64,000 nt of DNA from an uncultured Lachnospiraceae bacterium. GTDB lineage: Bacteria > Bacillota > Clostridia > Lachnospirales > Lachnospiraceae. Numbering within the stretch: the first letter of the stretch is position 1; each line of letters opens with the position of its first letter. Under the pieces are notes generated by a model. That model had not been told where the DNA came from and did no database searches. It was given only the letters and a program-made list of their open reading frames with translations. The stretch lies in assembly GCA_910588775.1 (NCBI GenBank), contig CAJURH010000009.1, positions 2,446 through 66,445 on the forward strand, read 5' to 3'. Positions 1 to 10,518 of the stretch are shown one piece after another. Position numbers and translations under genes: made by a program.

Positions 1-4
1 GCTG

Positions 5-2533
5 GTGTCCAAAGAACTGGAACTGACCCTTACCGGGAAAGACTGCGGCATGGAGGAACGCGCACCGATGTGCGGCGTTCCTTTCCATGCTTCAGAAACT
101 TATCTTCAAAAGCTGGTGGAGAGAGGCCACAAGGTGGCCATCTGTGAGCAGATGGGAGATCCGAAGACCAGCAAGGGACTGGTGCAAAGGGACGTGGTCC
201 GGGTGGTCACGCCGGGCACCACTCTGTCCGCCCATGCGCTGGACGAGACGAAGAACAATTACCTGATGTGCATTGTCTACATGCAGGAGCGTTTTGGGTG
301 CGCCATCGCCGATGTGACCACCGGGGACTGTTTCCTTACGGAAGTGGATTCCAGCGGGAAGTTGCTGGATGAAATCAACAAATACGTGCCAGCGGAAATT
401 GTATGCAACGAGTCGTTGTTGGTCAGCGGACTGGACTTGGAAGAAATGAAACACCGGCTGGGCGTTTGCGTGTACACATTGGACGCCTGGTATTTTGACG
501 ATGATTTGTGCAGGCGCACGCTGACGGAACATTTCCACGTGAATAGTTTGGACGGACTGGGCATCGGCGATTACGACACAGGCGCCATCGCGGCGGGAGC
601 CATGTTTACATATCTGCGGGAAACCCAGAAGACATCGATGGAACATATGACCAAGATTATTCCCTACGCCACGGAGACATTTATGCTGCTGGACAGCTCC
701 ACCCGGCGCAATCTGGAGCTGGTGGAAACCCTCCGGGAAAAAAATAAAGTGGGTTCCCTTCTGTGGGTGTTGGATAAGACGCGCACCGCTATGGGCGCCC
801 GCACTCTGCGCAGCTACGTGGAGCAGCCTTTAATCGATGAAAATTTAATCAATGAAAGGCTGGAAGCTGTGGAAGCACTGGTGGAAGCGCCCATGTTGAG
901 GGATGAGATCCGGGAACATCTGGGTCCTGTCTATGATTTGGAACGTTTGATCAGCCGCATTAGCTATCAGTCGGCCACACCCAGAGATCTAACGGCGTTT
1001 CGCTCCTCTCTGGAGCGGATTCCTCCTATCCGGGAACTGTTAAAAGATTTTAAGCATCCTGTGCTGCAAAGAATTTACCAGGACATGGACCCGCTGGAGG
1101 ATTTGTGCGATCTGGTATCCAGGGCCATTTTGGAAGATCCGCCCATGGCGGTGAAAGAAGGCGGCATCATCCAGGACGGTTACGATGAACAGGTGGATCA
1201 ATACCGCAGATCCAAGTCAGAGGGCACCAAATGGCTGGCGGACCTGGAGGCTTCTGAGCGAGAGCGGACGGGAATCCGCAATCTGAAAATCAAATATAAC
1301 CGGGTGTTCGGCTATTATCTGGAAGTGACCAACTCTTTCAAAGACCTGGTGCCGGACGATTATACCCGCAAGCAGACCCTGGCCAACGCAGAGCGCTACA
1401 TTACGCCCAAGCTAAAAGAGCTGGAGAACATGATTCTGGGGGCGGAAGACAAGTTGTTTGCGCTGGAATACGAACTGTTTACCCAGATAAGAAGCCAGAT
1501 CTCTAAGGAAGTCCAGCGCATCCAGAGCACGGCGAAAGCGATGGCGGCCATAGACGTGTTCGCCTCATTCGCACTGGTGGCGGAGCAGAACCAGTATGTG
1601 CGCCCCCATATCAACCGCAAAGGTAAGATCCATGTGAAAAACGGCCGCCATCCGGTGGTGGAAAACATGATTGCCCACGATATATTTATCGCCAACGACA
1701 CCTATCTGGACAACCAGAAAAACCGGGTGTCCATCATTACCGGGCCCAATATGGCGGGGAAATCCACCTACATGAGGCAGACCGCCCTGATTGTGTTGAT
1801 GGCGCAGATTGGAAGCTTCGTTCCAGCCCAACAGGCGGACATTGGCATTGTAGACCGGATTTTCACCCGCGTGGGCGCCTCCGACGACCTGGCCAGCGGC
1901 CAGAGCACGTTTATGGTGGAAATGACCGAAGTGGCCAATATTCTGCGAAACGCCACCTCCAAAAGTCTGTTGATTTTGGACGAGATTGGACGGGGCACCA
2001 GCACTTTTGATGGGTTGAGCATCGCCTGGGCGGTGATCGAGCATATCAGCAATCCGCGGCTTTTGGGAGCCAAGACGCTGTTCGCCACCCATTACCATGA
2101 GCTGACCGAGCTGGAGGGGAAACTGCCAGGGGTGAACAATTACTGCATCGCTGTGAAAGAACAGGGCGACGACATTGTTTTCCTGCGGAAAATCGTCAAA
2201 GGCGGCGCGGATAAAAGCTACGGCATCCAGGTGGCCAAGCTGGCAGGCATTCCGGAATCGGTGATTCAGCGGGCCAAAGAGCTGGTGGAAGAGCTAAGCG
2301 ACGCAGATATAACAGCGGCGGTAAAGGATCTCACCGAGCCAAGAAAGAAAACATCCGTCAAATTCGACCAAGTGGACATGCAGCAAATATCCCTTCTGGA
2401 CGCAGTGCAGGACGACCACATTATTCAGGAGCTAAAAGAGCTGGACGTGACCAATCTGACGCCCATGGACGCCCTGAATTTATTATACAAATTCCAGAAT
2501 CAGATCAGAAATCGGTGGAACGCCAATGAATAA
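5..2533 (+). CDS. mutS: DNA mismatch repair protein MutS (5'-truncated by the window edge)
   Basis: MCGVPFH mismatch-binding region, Walker A GPNMAGKST, STFMVEM, DEIGRGTST, FATHYHEL. The true start lies upstream of the window. Confidence 0.98.
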   Translation: MSKELELTLTGKDCGMEERAPMCGVPFHASETYLQKLVERGHKVAICEQMGDPKTSKGLVQRDVVRVVTPGTTLSAHALDETKNNYLMCIVYMQERFGCAIADVTTGDCFLTEVDSSGKLLDEINKYVPAEIVCNESLLVSGLDLEEMKHRLGVCVYTLDAWYFDDDLCRRTLTEHFHVNSLDGLGIGDYDTGAIAAGAMFTYLRETQKTSMEHMTKIIPYATETFMLLDSSTRRNLELVETLREKNKVGSLLWVLDKTRTAMGARTLRSYVEQPLIDENLINERLEAVEALVEAPMLRDEIREHLGPVYDLERLISRISYQSATPRDLTAFRSSLERIPPIRELLKDFKHPVLQRIYQDMDPLEDLCDLVSRAILEDPPMAVKEGGIIQDGYDEQVDQYRRSKSEGTKWLADLEASERERTGIRNLKIKYNRVFGYYLEVTNSFKDLVPDDYTRKQTLANAERYITPKLKELENMILGAEDKLFALEYELFTQIRSQISKEVQRIQSTAKAMAAIDVFASFALVAEQNQYVRPHINRKGKIHVKNGRHPVVENMIAHDIFIANDTYLDNQKNRVSIITGPNMAGKSTYMRQTALIVLMAQIGSFVPAQQADIGIVDRIFTRVGASDDLASGQSTFMVEMTEVANILRNATSKSLLILDEIGRGTSTFDGLSIAWAVIEHISNPRLLGAKTLFATHYHELTELEGKLPGVNNYCIAVKEQGDDIVFLRKIVKGGADKSYGIQVAKLAGIPESVIQRAKELVEELSDADITAAVKDLTEPRKKTSVKFDQVDMQQISLLDAVQDDHIIQELKELDVTNLTPMDALNLLYKFQNQIRNRWNANE

Positions 2534-4637
2534 AGAACAAACTCGTAAAATCGCCGTTTTAGACAAAGACACCATTGATAAAATCGCCGCCGGGGAAGTG
2601 GTGGAGCGGCCCTCCTCGGTGGTAAAGGAACTGGTGGAAAACGCCATCGACGCGGGCGCGTCCGCTATCACCGTGGAAATCAAAGAAGGGGGCGTCTCTT
2701 TTTTGCGCATCACGGACAACGGCAAAGGAATCGACCGGGAAGAAATTCCCGTGGCTTTTCTGCGTCATGCCACCAGTAAAATAGAGAAAGCCGAGGACTT
2801 AGAAGAAATCGCGTCCCTGGGCTTTCGTGGGGAGGCGCTGTCCTCCATCGCCGCCGTCTCCCAGGTGGAGCTGATTTCCAAAACGCCTTATTCCATCACA
2901 GGAACCCGTTATGTCATCGAGGGCGGTGAGGAGAAATCCATCGAAGACGTGGGAGCGCCAGAGGGGACCACCATTTTAGTGCGCAATCTATTCTACAACA
3001 TTCCCGCCCGGAAGAAATTCTTAAAGACGGCCGCCACCGAGGCCGGGTATATCAGCAGCCGCATGGAGCAGATGGCCCTGTCCCACCCGGAAGTTTCCAT
3101 AAAATATATGGCAAACGGGCAGTTAAAACTGCACACATCCGGCAATAATCAGATAAAAGACGTGATTTACAAAATTTATGGCCGAGACGTGGCCAAGGAG
3201 CTGCTGCCAGTAGCCTGGAAAAACGATTTTCTGAAAATCAGCGGCTACCTGGGGAAACCCACTGTGTCCAGGGGTAACCGAAGCTTTGAAAATTATTTCA
3301 TCAATGGCCGCTACGTAAAGGACAAGATTATCACCCGTGGGTTGGAAGATGGATTCCACGGATACATGATGCAGCACAAATACCCTTTCGCCGTTTTGCA
3401 AATAGAGATGGACGGCAATGGCCTGGACGTAAATGTGCATCCTTCTAAATTGGAAGTGCGTTTTTCGCGGGGCGAGGAAGTCTACCAGGCCGTGTGCAGT
3501 GCGGTAAAAGAGACTTTGAGCCAAAAAGAGTTGATTCCAGAGGTAACGCTGGGAAAGAAAAAGAGCAAAAAAGCCCTTCCGCCGCCAGAGAAAAAAGAAG
3601 CCGTGCCGGAGCCTTTTGAGAAGAAAAGGCGCATCCTGGCCCAAAGCCCGCCGGACCATCCCAAACCAGTGTCTTACCAGCAGATTGCCGCCCAATCGCA
3701 AAATCCCCAGGAAATCCAGGAAAGCGCGCAGTGGCCAAAACGTCCGGAAATATACAGGAAAGAATTGGCCAGTTCCGATGCCCAGACTTCAGACCATTTA
3801 GGACCAACCGCGTCCATGGAAGACGCGCAAAAACAAGAGACGCCTAGTCAGAACAGCCTGGATCCGGCCAAATCCCAAGATGTCCACCCAGGGGATGCTT
3901 ATCCTGCGGATACTTATCCTGCGGATACCAATCCTGTGGATACTTATCCTGCGGATACTTATCCTGCGGATAAACAGGAGCCGCCCGCCCAGGAACAGAA
4001 AATCTCAGACGAAGAACAGTTGGAACTGTTTGCCAAAGATCTGCTGACGGAAGAAGCCAGAAGCCGTCATATGCTCATCGGCCAGGTATTCAAGACTTAT
4101 TGGCTGGTGGAGTACGAAGATAAATTCTTTATCATCGATCAGCACGCGGCCCACGAGAGGGTTCTCTACGAGAAACTTCGAAAAAGCTTTCGAGAAAAGG
4201 AGATCGCCTCCCAGTATTTAAGTCCCCCGCTTATTTTCACAGTGGATATTAAAGAAGAGTTGCTGCTTCTGGAACACATGCGTCTGTTCCAGAAAATGGG
4301 CTTTGAGATCGAGCCTTTTGGATCCAGGGAATACAGCGTCCATGCGGTTCCCGCCAATCTCTGTGGCCTGACGGGGGAGGCGCTTTTTAAAGAGCTCCTG
4401 GACAGCCTGGAAAAAGAGAAGACAGGGCAGGATTTGGAGATTTTCACTGACCGCCTGGCCACCATGGCCTGCAAAGCGGCGGTAAAAGGGGGCCATGAAT
4501 TGTCACGCCAGGAAGCCGAGCGGCTCATTGATGAACTGCTGACTTTGGAAAATCCGTACCACTGTCCCCACGGAAGACCCACCATCGTGTCCATGAGCAA
4601 AACGGAGTTGGAAAGAAAGTTCAAAAGGATTGTGTAG
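2526..4637 (+). CDS. mutL: DNA mismatch repair endonuclease MutL
   Basis: IAAGEVVERP, GFRGEAL, endonuclease motif DQHAAHERVLYE, ACK and CPHGRP. Overlaps the mutS stop. Confidence 0.98.
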   Translation: MNKEQTRKIAVLDKDTIDKIAAGEVVERPSSVVKELVENAIDAGASAITVEIKEGGVSFLRITDNGKGIDREEIPVAFLRHATSKIEKAEDLEEIASLGFRGEALSSIAAVSQVELISKTPYSITGTRYVIEGGEEKSIEDVGAPEGTTILVRNLFYNIPARKKFLKTAATEAGYISSRMEQMALSHPEVSIKYMANGQLKLHTSGNNQIKDVIYKIYGRDVAKELLPVAWKNDFLKISGYLGKPTVSRGNRSFENYFINGRYVKDKIITRGLEDGFHGYMMQHKYPFAVLQIEMDGNGLDVNVHPSKLEVRFSRGEEVYQAVCSAVKETLSQKELIPEVTLGKKKSKKALPPPEKKEAVPEPFEKKRRILAQSPPDHPKPVSYQQIAAQSQNPQEIQESAQWPKRPEIYRKELASSDAQTSDHLGPTASMEDAQKQETPSQNSLDPAKSQDVHPGDAYPADTYPADTNPVDTYPADTYPADKQEPPAQEQKISDEEQLELFAKDLLTEEARSRHMLIGQVFKTYWLVEYEDKFFIIDQHAAHERVLYEKLRKSFREKEIASQYLSPPLIFTVDIKEELLLLEHMRLFQKMGFEIEPFGSREYSVHAVPANLCGLTGEALFKELLDSLEKEKTGQDLEIFTDRLATMACKAAVKGGHELSRQEAERLIDELLTLENPYHCPHGRPTIVSMSKTELERKFKRIV
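3894..3972 (+). repeat. 15-bp in-frame tandem repeat (5 units, consensus GATACTTATCCTGCG) in the mutL linker
   Basis: Units start at 3894, 3909, 3924, 3939 and 3954 and encode DAYPA-DTYPA-DTNPV-DTYPA-DTYPA. Confidence 0.95.
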
Positions 4638-4640
4638 AAA

Positions 4641-5612
4641 ATGGATGATAGAAAATCGGATTGCATGCAAAAAAAACCGCTGGTAGTTCTGGCCGGACCC
4701 ACGGCGGTGGGGAAAACCCATCTCTCCATTTTGCTGGCCAGAGCCCTGAATGGAGAAGTAATCAGCGCGGACTCCATGCAGGTTTACCGTCATATGGATA
4801 TCGGATCGGCCAAGATTACGCCCCAGGAAATGGAACAAATTCCCCATCACTTAATCGACGCGTTGGAGCCAGAAGAGAATTTCCACGTGGTGCGGTTTCA
4901 GCAGATGGCCAAACAGGCCCTTGCAAAGATCTATGATCGCGGGCGCATTCCTCTTTTGGTGGGGGGAACGGGGTTTTACATTCAGGCGGTGGTCCGGGAC
5001 ATTGCATTCGGGGAGGAGCGGGAAGAAGAGAGCGGTTATCGCCAGGAGATGGAGCGGTTGGCCCGGCAACACGGCGCGCTGTGGCTCCATGAGCAGTTGG
5101 CGGCTGTGGACCCGGAAGCCGCCCGCCAGATTCATCCCAATAACCAGAAACGGACCCTGCGGGCGTTGGAATTTTACCACGATACCAAAACGCCGATATC
5201 CGCCCATAATCAAGAGCAGCAAAAGCGAGAGTCTCCCTATGCATGCGCGTATTTCGTGCTGACCGATGAACGGTCGGTTTTATATGAGCGAATCGACCGG
5301 CGGGTGGAGCAGATGATGGCGGACGGACTCCTGGAAGAAGTGCGGGCTTTAAAAGAGCGGGGCTGCACCCGGGATATGGTGTCCATGCAAGGGCTAGGCT
5401 ACCAGGAATTACTGGCGCACCTAGAGGGGGAATATTCTCTGGAAGAAGCCGTACGGCGAATCAAACGGGACACCCGGCATTTCGCCAAACGCCAGCTCAC
5501 CTGGTTTAAGCGGGAGAGAGACGCACTCTGGGTGCACAAAGGGGAAAAGAGCCAGGCGGAAATATTGGAATACATGCTGGAACAGTGCAGGGAAAGGGGA
5601 ATCATCCAATGA
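4641..5612 (+). CDS. miaA: tRNA dimethylallyltransferase
   Basis: GPTAVGKT, SADSMQVY, VGGTGFY, AKRQLTW. Alternative start at 4665. Confidence 0.97.
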   Translation: MDDRKSDCMQKKPLVVLAGPTAVGKTHLSILLARALNGEVISADSMQVYRHMDIGSAKITPQEMEQIPHHLIDALEPEENFHVVRFQQMAKQALAKIYDRGRIPLLVGGTGFYIQAVVRDIAFGEEREEESGYRQEMERLARQHGALWLHEQLAAVDPEAARQIHPNNQKRTLRALEFYHDTKTPISAHNQEQQKRESPYACAYFVLTDERSVLYERIDRRVEQMMADGLLEEVRALKERGCTRDMVSMQGLGYQELLAHLEGEYSLEEAVRRIKRDTRHFAKRQLTWFKRERDALWVHKGEKSQAEILEYMLEQCRERGIIQ

Positions 5613-6901
5613 ATATAGACCAATCCATTCAGGAACTCTATGGGAAAATGGGCATAAGTCCCAAGGTATACGATTTTGGTAAAGAAATAGAGAATCAGTT
5701 ACAGAAGCGGTTTCAGAAGTTGGAGCGGACCGCCGAATACAACCAACTGAAAGTGCTCCACGCCATGCAGAAAAACCGGGTCAGCGAAGCGTGTTTTTAC
5801 CCGTCCACTGGTTACGGGTACAACGATACGGGGCGGGATGTGCTGGAACAGGTCTATACGGACACATTCCACGCCGAGGCGGCGCTGGTCCGGCCACAGA
5901 TTGCCTGCGGCACCCATGCCCTGGCAGTGGCGCTTTTCGGAAATCTGCGGCCAGGAGACGAGCTGCTCTCCCCAGTGGGAAGGCCCTACGACACCCTGGA
6001 AGAGGTTATTGGCATCCGTCCGCAGAGGGGTTCCCTGGCGGAGTACGGCGTCACCTACCGTCAGGTGGAGCTGAAAGCGGACGGAACTTTCGATTATCCA
6101 GCTATCGAACAGGCCTTGAATCCTAAGACCCGCCTGGTGACTATCCAGCGCTCGAAGGGTTATCAGACCCGGCCCTCCTTTTCCGTGGCGCAGATTGGCG
6201 AACTGATTGCATTTATTAAGGAAAGACGGCCGGATGTCATCTGCATGGTGGATAACTGTTACGGAGAGTTCGTGGATACAGTGGAACCTTCCGATGTGGG
6301 GGCAGACCTGATGGTGGGTTCTCTGATTAAAAATCCAGGCGGTGGCCTGGCTCCCATCGGCGGTTACGTAGTGGGGAAAAAGGAGCTGGTGGAGCAGGCG
6401 TCTTACCGCATGACTTCCCCCGGCCTTGGAAAAGAAGTGGGCGCCAGCCTGGGAGTGAACCGGGCGTTTTTCCAGGGATTTTTCCTGGCGCCTATGGTGG
6501 TGAAAGGCGCGTTAAAAGGCGCCATCTACGCCGCCGCCATCTACGAAGCGCTGGGGTACCCTGTGCTTCCCGACAGCAAAGAGCCCAGACAAGACATTAT
6601 CCAGTCCGTGACCCTGGGAAGCCCCGAGAAAGTAATCGCCTTTTGCAAAGGAATCCAGGCGGCGGCCCCGGTGGACAGTTATGTGGACCCGGAACCCTGG
6701 GAAATGCCCGGGTACGACAGCCCGGTAATCATGGCGGCGGGAGCCTTCGTGTCCGGTTCTTCCATTGAGTTAAGCGCTGACGGGCCTATTCGTCCCCCTT
6801 ACGCCGTGTACTTCCAGGGCGGACTCACCTGGGAACATGCCAAAATGGGCATACTCATGTCCCTGGAGAAGCTGGCGCAGGCCGGCTTGGTGACGCTGTA
6901 A
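5609..6901 (+). CDS. PLP-dependent methionine gamma-lyase family protein (YnbB/aluminium-resistance type)
   Basis: TGYGYND, GTHAL, VDNCYGEF, GSLIKNPGGG. ATG overlaps the miaA stop (ATGA). Confidence 0.9.
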   Translation: MNIDQSIQELYGKMGISPKVYDFGKEIENQLQKRFQKLERTAEYNQLKVLHAMQKNRVSEACFYPSTGYGYNDTGRDVLEQVYTDTFHAEAALVRPQIACGTHALAVALFGNLRPGDELLSPVGRPYDTLEEVIGIRPQRGSLAEYGVTYRQVELKADGTFDYPAIEQALNPKTRLVTIQRSKGYQTRPSFSVAQIGELIAFIKERRPDVICMVDNCYGEFVDTVEPSDVGADLMVGSLIKNPGGGLAPIGGYVVGKKELVEQASYRMTSPGLGKEVGASLGVNRAFFQGFFLAPMVVKGALKGAIYAAAIYEALGYPVLPDSKEPRQDIIQSVTLGSPEKVIAFCKGIQAAAPVDSYVDPEPWEMPGYDSPVIMAAGAFVSGSSIELSADGPIRPPYAVYFQGGLTWEHAKMGILMSLEKLAQAGLVTL

Positions 6902-8109
6902 TGGAGATCGCAATCATCGGCGGCGGCGCGTCTGGCCTGATGGCGGCCATAACAGCGGCCAGACACGGAGCCAGCGTGACGATTCTGGAACACCAACCCG
7001 CCTGCGGAAAGAAACTTCTGGCCACCGGAAACGGTAAATGCAATTTGACCAATACGAAGATAACTGGTGACGCCTACCGCAGCCATGCGCCAAAAGCGGC
7101 GCTGGAGACGCTTCGTGGCTTCACCGTGGCGGACACGCTGGCCTTTTTCACGGATCTGGGCCTTTACACCAGAGAAAAAGACGGCTGGATCTATCCGTAC
7201 AGCCAGCAGGCGCGAACCGTTCTGCACGTACTTTTGACCGAAGCTGAGCGGTTGGGCGTGCGGATAGAGACGCAGGTAAATATTCAGAAGATTTCCAGGC
7301 GGAGCAGGTGGCAGCTGCGGACAGATTCCGGCGTTTACGAGGCGGATGCGGTGATTTTGGCCACGGGTTCAAAAGCCTCCAACCTTCCCGGGGCTGATGG
7401 AAGCGGCTACGATTTGGCCAAAAACCTGGGACATAAGATTTACCCAGTTCTCCCGGCGCTGGTTCCGCTGACCGGGCAGGGAGATTATTTCAGACAGTGG
7501 GCCGGGCTTCGCATGGAAGCGCAGATTTCGCTGTATTTGGATGGAAAGCAGACGCGGCAGGAGCGGGGAGAGGTGCAACTGACAGATTACGGCGTTTCAG
7601 GAATTCCTGTCTTTCAGTTAAGCCGCTACGCCGTGGAGGCAATCCACGAGAACAAAGAGGCGGAACTTTTCCTGGATTTTTTCCCGGAGGGCAGCGCCCG
7701 GCAACTGGAAAGTTTGCTGCGGAAAAGAAAGAGCCTGCGGCCCTATAAGGAGTGGACGGAAATCCTGATGGGAATTTTCCCAGATAAATTCTGTCCTCTG
7801 GCCGTCCGGCGCGTCAAAGGGAAGAATCCAGACGAATTTGCCCGGCGGCTGGCCCGAAGCATAAAGCGCTGGAGAGTCTCCATCAAAGGCTGGCAGGATT
7901 ATAAATACGCCCAGGTATGTATGGGCGGCGTGGATTTTCGCCAGGTGAATGCCCGCACGCTGGAATCCAGGTTGCATCAGGGACTTTATTTTGCGGGGGA
8001 AATCCTGGATGTGGACGGCGCCTGCGGCGGCTACAATCTGCAGTGGGCATGGTCTTCTGGCGCCGTGGCGGCCATGGCGGCTTGCAGAAAAGGAGAGGAG
8101 TCCATATGA
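6901..8109 (+). CDS. NAD(P)/FAD-dependent oxidoreductase, HI0933/BaiN-like family
   Basis: IIGGGASG, GKKLLATGNGKCNLTN, GEILDVDGACGGYNLQWAWSSG. Confidence 0.92.
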   Translation: MEIAIIGGGASGLMAAITAARHGASVTILEHQPACGKKLLATGNGKCNLTNTKITGDAYRSHAPKAALETLRGFTVADTLAFFTDLGLYTREKDGWIYPYSQQARTVLHVLLTEAERLGVRIETQVNIQKISRRSRWQLRTDSGVYEADAVILATGSKASNLPGADGSGYDLAKNLGHKIYPVLPALVPLTGQGDYFRQWAGLRMEAQISLYLDGKQTRQERGEVQLTDYGVSGIPVFQLSRYAVEAIHENKEAELFLDFFPEGSARQLESLLRKRKSLRPYKEWTEILMGIFPDKFCPLAVRRVKGKNPDEFARRLARSIKRWRVSIKGWQDYKYAQVCMGGVDFRQVNARTLESRLHQGLYFAGEILDVDGACGGYNLQWAWSSGAVAAMAACRKGEESI

Positions 8110-9722
8110 TACGAATATCACAGTTGCAGCTACCCATTGAGCATAGTCGGGAGGACTTGGAACATAAAATTAGAAAAATTCTTTCCATCAAAAATCTATC
8201 AAAAGACGACACAGAGGAGATTTCTTATAAAATCGTCCGCCAGTCTCTGGATGCCCGCAAGAAATCTGAAAAAAAATTCGTGTATACGGTGGACGTGATC
8301 TGCCAAAATAAAAACGCAGAGCGGCGCATTCTCAAAAGAGTTCACCATAAAAATGTTATGTCAACTCAAGGGAAGACCTATGCCTTTCCTTCACCGGGCG
8401 CCCAGCCTCTGCAAGATCCGCCGATAGTCATTGGCAGCGGCCCCGCCGGGCTTTTTTGCGCTTTGATGTTAGCCAGACACGGTTACCGTCCGCTGGTTAT
8501 TGAACGGGGCGCCCAGGCAAGAAAGCGAAAAATCGCGGTGGAAAAATTCTGGCGGGATGGAACGCTGGATCTAAAATCCAACGTGCAGTTCGGTGAGGGT
8601 GGCGCAGGGACTTTTTCCGATGGAAAACTGCACACGCTCATCAAAGACACCACAGGGCGCATCCAGACAGTTCTGAGAATTTTCGTGGAGGCGGGCGCGC
8701 CGCCGGAGATCCTTTACCAGCAAAAGCCCCATTTGGGAACGGATGCCCTGATTGGCATTGTGGAGCGCATCCGTTCCCAGATTGAAGACTGCGGCGGACG
8801 TTTCTTATTTGAAACCCAAGTTACGGATTTTCTCTGTGAAGACGGCCGTCTTCGCCGCCTGGCGCTGGATACGGGAGAGGAGATTCCGGCGCAGGTTGCA
8901 GTGGGGGCCATGGGGCACAGCGCACGGGACACTTTTGAGACGCTATACCGACGCGGGTTTTCTATGGAAGCCAAGTCCTTTGCGATGGGCCTGCGGGTGG
9001 AGCATCCCCAGGAAATGATAAATCAGGCGCTCTACGGTGAACGGGAAAATCCGCTTTTGGGCGCCGCCAGCTATAAATTAACCCATAAAGGCAGCGGCGG
9101 CAGGGGCGTGTATTCCTTCTGCATGTGTCCCGGCGGCTATGTGGTCAACGCTTCTTCCGAGGAAAAAGCCCTGGCGGTTAACGGCATGAGTTACCAGGCC
9201 AGGAACGGGCGAAACGCCAACAGCGCTTTGGCAGTCACCGTCACGCCCGCAGATTACCCGGACGCGTCCCCTCTGGGCGGCGTGGCCTACCAGCGGGAGT
9301 TGGAGCGAAAAGCCTGGGCCATAGCCAGTGGGAAGATCCCGGTGCAGTTGTGGGAAGATTATCAGAATTTCCGGGAAAGCCGTAATCTTGGCGAGGTGAC
9401 TCCCGCTATTAAAGGGGACTACAGTTTATGCAATCTGCGCAGCATTTTGCCCAGGGAAATCGGTGACGCCATCGCGGAAGGAATGCTGGCATTCCAGAGG
9501 AAAATCCCCGGATTCGCCCGGCCTGACTGCGTGTTCAGCGGCGTGGAGAGCCGCACTTCCTCTCCAGTGCGCATCCTGCGCGGACCGGATATGCAGAGCA
9601 ATGTGCAGGGATTCTACCCCTGTGGGGAAGGCGCCGGATACGCAGGGGGAATCACTTCCGCCGCCATAGACGGAATAAAAGTGGCGGAAGCCATTTCTAA
9701 AAATTACATGAAAATCCAGTGA
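8106..9722 (+). CDS. FAD-dependent oxidoreductase (uncharacterised dehydrogenase family)
   Basis: IGSGPAG, FGEGGAGTFSDGKL, FCMCPGG, GEGAGYAGGI. RBS GAGGAG precedes ATG 8106. Confidence 0.88.
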   Translation: MIRISQLQLPIEHSREDLEHKIRKILSIKNLSKDDTEEISYKIVRQSLDARKKSEKKFVYTVDVICQNKNAERRILKRVHHKNVMSTQGKTYAFPSPGAQPLQDPPIVIGSGPAGLFCALMLARHGYRPLVIERGAQARKRKIAVEKFWRDGTLDLKSNVQFGEGGAGTFSDGKLHTLIKDTTGRIQTVLRIFVEAGAPPEILYQQKPHLGTDALIGIVERIRSQIEDCGGRFLFETQVTDFLCEDGRLRRLALDTGEEIPAQVAVGAMGHSARDTFETLYRRGFSMEAKSFAMGLRVEHPQEMINQALYGERENPLLGAASYKLTHKGSGGRGVYSFCMCPGGYVVNASSEEKALAVNGMSYQARNGRNANSALAVTVTPADYPDASPLGGVAYQRELERKAWAIASGKIPVQLWEDYQNFRESRNLGEVTPAIKGDYSLCNLRSILPREIGDAIAEGMLAFQRKIPGFARPDCVFSGVESRTSSPVRILRGPDMQSNVQGFYPCGEGAGYAGGITSAAIDGIKVAEAISKNYMKIQ

Positions 9723-9810
9723 ATTTGTATACATTTCCAGAAATCTGTGTTAAGATAAGTTTTACTTAAAATTCTTCCCGCGGTTTATGAAGAGAGTGTG
9801 GGAGGCGTAT

Positions 9811-10518
9811 ATGGAACAAGAGAAACAAAAAAACACAATCAAGGATATCCCGGCGCAGGACAGGCCCTACGAGAAGTGTCTGGAATTCGGGCCGGAACAT
9901 TTGACAGATGCGGAACTGCTGGCCGTGATTCTGCGTACAGGCAGACGGGGCAGCAGTTCTCTGGACCTTGCTTATGAAGTCTTGTATCTGGCACAGACCC
10001 GAAAGCCTGGTCTGTCAGGTCTGTACCATCTTTCCATTCAGGAACTGATGGGAATTCGGGGCGTGGGAAAAGTAAAGGCAATCCAGCTAAAATGCATCGG
10101 AGAGCTTTCCAGAAGAACTGCGCGGCAAAAGGCCAAAGAACGCCTTGCTTTCAATGCACCGGACACAATCGCCGCATATTATATGGAAGAACTGCGGCAC
10201 TTGGAGCAGGAAGTGCTTCTGTGCATGATGCTGGATACGAAGAATCATCTGCTGGGGGAGAAGAGGATGTTTCTGGGGACAGTCAATTCTTCTCTGGTGT
10301 CGCCCAGGGAGCTGTTTTTGGAAGCGTTGCGCTATCAGGCGGTGAACATTATACTTGTGCACAATCATCCCAGCGGTGACCCTACGCCTAGCCAGGCGGA
10401 TGTGCAAATTACCCAGCGAGTTCGTCAGGGCGGGGAACTACTTGGCATTCATCTTCTGGATCATATCATCATCGGGGAACATACTTATATGAGTTTTCAG
10501 GAAAAGGAAAGTCTGTAA
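9811..10518 (+). CDS. radC: RadC family JAB-domain protein
   Basis: RPYEK, ELLAVIL, HhH GVGKVKA, JAMM motif HNHPSGDPTPSQAD, LDHIII. RBS GGAGG. Confidence 0.95.
   Translation: MEQEKQKNTIKDIPAQDRPYEKCLEFGPEHLTDAELLAVILRTGRRGSSSLDLAYEVLYLAQTRKPGLSGLYHLSIQELMGIRGVGKVKAIQLKCIGELSRRTARQKAKERLAFNAPDTIAAYYMEELRHLEQEVLLCMMLDTKNHLLGEKRMFLGTVNSSLVSPRELFLEALRYQAVNIILVHNHPSGDPTPSQADVQITQRVRQGGELLGIHLLDHIIIGEHTYMSFQEKESL

Noticed and set aside
3894..3972. Short repeats as a CRISPR array
   Set aside because: Units are contiguous, without spacers, in-frame inside mutL; no cas genes.
4669..4676. A8 tract near the miaA start as a phase-variation site
   Set aside because: Short, in frame, and common in Lys-rich N-termini.
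5609..5612. Absence of hfq after miaA
   Set aside because: Real, but hfq is patchy in Clostridia, so it is not distinctive.
9811..10518. radC as a mobile-element or anti-defence gene
   Set aside because: Full-length chromosomal form in the canonical radC-mreBCD context.
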